A stretch of DNA of 64,000 nucleotides from Pelagomonas calceolata (lineage: Eukaryota). The stretch is from NCBI GenBank assembly GCA_918797485.1, contig CAKKNE010000004.1, positions 3,472,001 through 3,536,000 on the forward strand, read 5' to 3'. The translations under genes and the position numbers were made by a program. Positions within the stretch are counted from its first letter, which is position 1; each line of letters starts with the position of its first letter. Below are positions 61,101-64,000 of this stretch, one piece after another. Under the pieces are notes generated by a model. It was not told the origin of the DNA. It searched no databases and saw only the letters and a list, made by a program, of their open reading frames with translations.

Positions 61101-64000
61101 GTGGGCGCTGGGGTGGGCCTTCTACATCATCTATTTGGTGGCCTGCTGCCCGTTTCGATGCGTCCTGAAACTCTGCTGTTCCATCGACCCCGACAAGGAG
61201 CGAAAGAAGCGCAAGTACCAGGCCATGATCTCCGACGCGTTGGATGGGCCTTCTAGAGTGGCCCGCGTCCTGAAGTCGACGGGAGCTTACGTGTTTGCCG
61301 AGGACTCGAAGGAGGACGACGTGTCGACGCTAGGCGGCGACTACGTCGACCCCTTCGCGGAAAAACCGAAGCCCGAGGGGTTCAGGCAAAAGGCCAAGTA
61401 CTACGCCGTTTGTTTTGTCACTTCCATATATAACGGCCTCGCCTTCGTGCTGTGCTGCCTGGCCAAGTGGCTCGGCGGCAAACATCTCGCCCGAGACAAG
61501 GAAGAGGACGAGGAGGAGGTCGAAGTGGACCCGAACAAGCCTTTTAGTCTGGAGGATCTCATCGACAAGGACGAGTGGGAGCCGCCGCGGACCGACGAAG
61601 GATCGATCTGGATGCGTTTTAGAGGATACAACTACAAGATCGCGGTCGCGCAGTGGTTCGACAACATCATCATGTTCGCGGTCGTGTGGTCGGTCCTCGC
61701 CCTGGACTTCATGCCCACGCGGCCCATCATGGAGGGTCTGCTCGGGCGGCACGGCGACACGGCCTACGCCGCGAAGTACTGGTTGAAGATCTACAACCGG
61801 AACAACGCTTATTTAGATATGCGGAACTACTCGGTCACCGACGCCCTGTCCATGGGGGTAGACATACCTTATGTGGGGCGCTCCGCAAATATCACGACCT
61901 GGGCCGAGAAGGAGAAGCACGCGGACTACTGGTTCGGCGACCCAGTCACGGGCGAGAGCGCGGCGTACGGCGACGACGATTTTCATGAAGGTGACCCGCG
62001 CAAGCCGGACGGGTACTGCGGCTTCGGCGGGGAGTCGAACTGCATGTTGTATTTCTCGGTCCAATGGATCGCCGGCGTCGTCTTCTGGTTCGAGGTCCAG
62101 ATCAAGTGGACGGGCTGGGGCAAGACGATGTATTTTAAGGACTACTTCAACTGGCTCGACGTCTTTTTGCTGGGCTTCTGGGTCATGAACACGCTGATGT
62201 TGGTGTTGTTCGCGGGCGGGTCGGGGGGCGGCGGCCTCGGGGCCCTCAAATCCCTAAAGGCGCTGAAGTCGCTCAAGTCGCTCAAATCCCTGAAGGCCCT
62301 GAAGTCGCTCAAGTCGCTTAAAGTACTGCGATTATTGAAATGCGCGAAGTACATCGACCCGTTGATGTACCAGATCAAGCGCTGGTTCCTGCGGTGGATC
62401 GCCGACGACAAATTGGCGTCCAAGGAACTATTAGCGAAGAAGAAGGAGACCATGTCCGAGTGGCGCGCGGAGCGGTCCCTCCCGGCGAAGATCGAGAACC
62501 TGAAGAAGGGCTTCCAGCACGCGAAGCGCGAGTACTCGGTCTGCTTCGACGAGTTCGAGCGGGATCATGAATTACAAATTACGAACTTTGAGGCCGTCGT
62601 CGACACGGCCGCTTTATCATATCTAGTGGCGCAGTTCAAGAGTAACGCGCCGTTCTGGCGCCTCGTGTTGCTGAGCGAGACGGCGGTGTTCTGCGTCATC
62701 GTGACGTGGCTGAAGGCGTCGCAGCCGCCCTGGGCGATATGTCTCGGTGGAGCTTTGGTTAGATCGTTGTACGCCTTCGCTACCTTCATGAAGAAGCCCT
62801 ACCTCTACGTGCGCGAGGGGCAGGTCGACGTGCAGACGAGGACGGTCACGATCCTCTTGATGATCTTCGGCGCCATCCTCGACAAGGATTTGCGAGATCA
62901 GCGAGGCACGAAACCCGAACACGAAGCGGCCTACGCCGAGCACAAGGCAAAATTTGCGACGGAGTCCGCGCGGACCGCGATCAACACCTGGGCGTTGTTG
63001 CTCATGGCCTTTAACTGGTTACGGTTGGCCTACCTGTGCCGCTTCCACGAGATGCTGCGGGACTTCCGGGACTTTTTAGTATTCCAGGCCGACGCGCAAG
63101 TTGTCAGTCTGTTAATCTCGTACGTGGACTGGAAGTGCTACGCCTTCGAGGACTCGAATTATGGATTGCAGATGATGCGGCAGTGGGACGCGTTAATAGA
63201 CAGACACCAGGCGACGATGTACTCCGTGCCCTGGTTATCCCCGCGACCGGCGAATTTGCTGTCCTGGTACGAGACGCTCGTGGTCATCCGGTGGGCGGCG
63301 ATCCGAGACATAAGGGTGACGACGATGCGGACGCCGACGGGGCAGTGCATCTTGCACTCGGCCATGCTGAAGGGCGAGCCCGAGGTCGTGGCGTGGTTGC
63401 TGTACAACCATCCCGAGTTACTGGCGGTCACGGACGACCAGCGCGACTCGCCCGTGATTATTTGTTTGAAGGAGCTAAGTGCTACATTACTCAGACACCA
63501 CAAGAAGCCCTCGGACAAGACGGCCTGGAAGCGCGCGAAACTAGCGGAAATTTTATTGAGCGACCAGGTCCAGCAGTTTAGGGTTCCGTGGAATTTGACG
63601 CATTTCCGGGGTCTCGGCGACATCGCCGTGCCGCTGCTGGGCGAGCTGGCCCAGCAGATGGCGCTGGCCTTCAACCTGACGCCGCCGGCGGGCTTCGTGC
63701 GCATCTCGAAGTGGCACAAGTACCCCGGCGACATTCCCAACTTCCTGGCGCAGTGCTACGTGGCTTGTCGCGATAGTGTGGATGCGCCGCGATGCGAACT
63801 GGGCGACCTGGGCCGGGTCACGTTCCAGGCCCTGATGCGCGCGCTGGAGATGCGCCAGACGACGATCACGATCTCGTCGAACTTTTTTAATTGTTATCCG
63901 ATTAGTATCGTGCGCATCGACGCTCGAGCGAATAGATTAGATTCAGAAACAGCATCGTACGCCGCGCACGCCGTGTCCCGCAATTCGGCTTTGACATATT
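58180..64000 (+). CDS. Giant multi-pass membrane protein with voltage-sensor-like module, ankyrin-like and LRR-like segments (3' partial)
   Basis: I found no stop in the frame from ATG 58180 to the window end (~1940 codons, read by eye); absent from the ORF track. S1-S4-like segments at 61651-62349, ankyrin-like at ~63331-63465. Confidence 0.88.
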   Translation, partial: MAHTTKKMKLKRTMREVLDDEASAMSVEEELMNNVVKINGVWQFRSTQKISKRQKEAQVQRIQEEKAEEQRQLALLKAEESDDETSYPEVQPEDLNVGETLVPARLHPDYENYVRLAIAGVDRYDLRIIMRKDGLDTGTLKRPEKKVILGKKMVEATAKKQKQAELEETPEEIAAAERKLKAVTMRKVTRVKMEAIESIQQQQVDLMRLADKLVEHYGKVSNFVGIEAFGDTGIGYSMQIEDTTMVKGITALLLDHAAREEKKRKIYAAKDEEELMALEFELDKKEDDEGHGKDFTHGSLIYKLERIASYMQYLGFLGMLDVPWTSGVRLFLVQGSFFLDSHMWPLVTVHRWIWESGKVYKDEDHEKAEHDAYAAGFETQPGDDRAGGAPAVGGGRGGGRGGRYLIGDFYLIDLYFYRDVTRYCYSLAFSAILLVAFFFLWQVDDYTDPRFTDRWRLMHIEHWWSLGVPRSFLYFLGYSIVLVVAPAIALEYTYGTAGEGSEYIAEGPGKEKGVNSGMNRSMKHATTMLVAGLSLTVYVWFLYIFFTTMMRRVFIAKTKHAKAYSSVVLLKNTLKWKATLLLVLVFLNYMPTCLYVLGGMVPVYSSKVWAETLKYDPYYREADYTMPDMVPPDYGSNMKDRYWLNPDPGLEPVDPHIRPLNRYQTRKTQRKENIYGYTGGGDATPWEPVNYAGYRHYPCYYLSFPPEIASEPESSHHSDQGVVRKDTAIYGGRLRPPTLTDDPGLDILEATDSNGEKYWYENRPEEESFNRDGTKKPIKRWAYDPRYRTDWRNETALRKYPTYDWSRASGRAGGRDREFWRCVYKKRCSHEWKDWCAAKEKGPSVITPMSCRPEPLGWAQYEPQERKPHQCNRRVDCMDVAGVLLYTTSCLAAVFYVLGTPLLVNYLIQLTRAQLYECEWWTNYETAWRRFNVVCVECEAWSIVQVVLAVGEVWKEQAVQDFVEYRRKGPAFVKWALGWAFYIIYLVACCPFRCVLKLCCSIDPDKERKKRKYQAMISDALDGPSRVARVLKSTGAYVFAEDSKEDDVSTLGGDYVDPFAEKPKPEGFRQKAKYYAVCFVTSIYNGLAFVLCCLAKWLGGKHLARDKEEDEEEVEVDPNKPFSLEDLIDKDEWEPPRTDEGSIWMRFRGYNYKIAVAQWFDNIIMFAVVWSVLALDFMPTRPIMEGLLGRHGDTAYAAKYWLKIYNRNNAYLDMRNYSVTDALSMGVDIPYVGRSANITTWAEKEKHADYWFGDPVTGESAAYGDDDFHEGDPRKPDGYCGFGGESNCMLYFSVQWIAGVVFWFEVQIKWTGWGKTMYFKDYFNWLDVFLLGFWVMNTLMLVLFAGGSGGGGLGALKSLKALKSLKSLKSLKALKSLKSLKVLRLLKCAKYIDPLMYQIKRWFLRWIADDKLASKELLAKKKETMSEWRAERSLPAKIENLKKGFQHAKREYSVCFDEFERDHELQITNFEAVVDTAALSYLVAQFKSNAPFWRLVLLSETAVFCVIVTWLKASQPPWAICLGGALVRSLYAFATFMKKPYLYVREGQVDVQTRTVTILLMIFGAILDKDLRDQRGTKPEHEAAYAEHKAKFATESARTAINTWALLLMAFNWLRLAYLCRFHEMLRDFRDFLVFQADAQVVSLLISYVDWKCYAFEDSNYGLQMMRQWDALIDRHQATMYSVPWLSPRPANLLSWYETLVVIRWAAIRDIRVTTMRTPTGQCILHSAMLKGEPEVVAWLLYNHPELLAVTDDQRDSPVIICLKELSATLLRHHKKPSDKTAWKRAKLAEILLSDQVQQFRVPWNLTHFRGLGDIAVPLLGELAQQMALAFNLTPPAGFVRISKWHKYPGDIPNFLAQCYVACRDSVDAPRCELGDLGRVTFQALMRALEMRQTTITISSNFFNCYPISIVRIDARANRLDSETASYAAHAVSRNSALTY

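Overview
GC-rich, gene-dense eukaryotic nuclear DNA, most consistent with a pelagophyte alga (Pelagomonas/Aureococcus-like). This is an inference from the introner-type introns, plastid-targeted proteins, a nuclear sigma-70 factor and a Rab-GDI. About 35 protein-coding genes are supportable; most other ORFs in the track are GC-rich shadow frames. Three things stand out. (1) A family of non-autonomous DNA-transposon-derived introns (introners): 10 clear copies with ~15-bp TIRs (C[T/A]GTGYRKAAATCAA...TTGATTTSYRCACAG) and 8-bp target-site duplications supplying a GT/GC donor, plus about 4 decayed copies. Removing each restores the host reading frame. (2) A ~22-24-bp CTAG-bounded motif (GCTAGTRTCTTACA-N1-3-CGCTAGC and variants) recurring about 15 times, always ~60-230 bp upstream of a start codon, plus a second ~32-bp repeat just downstream of three stop codons. 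(3) A giant (>=1940 aa) membrane-protein ORF, absent from the ORF track because it runs off the window. It carries a voltage-sensor-like S1-S4 module whose S4 has 12 basic residues at i+3 spacing, followed by ankyrin- and LRR-like segments. No rRNA, tRNA, CRISPR or transposase gene was recognised. All product calls come from motif recognition by eye, not from database searches.
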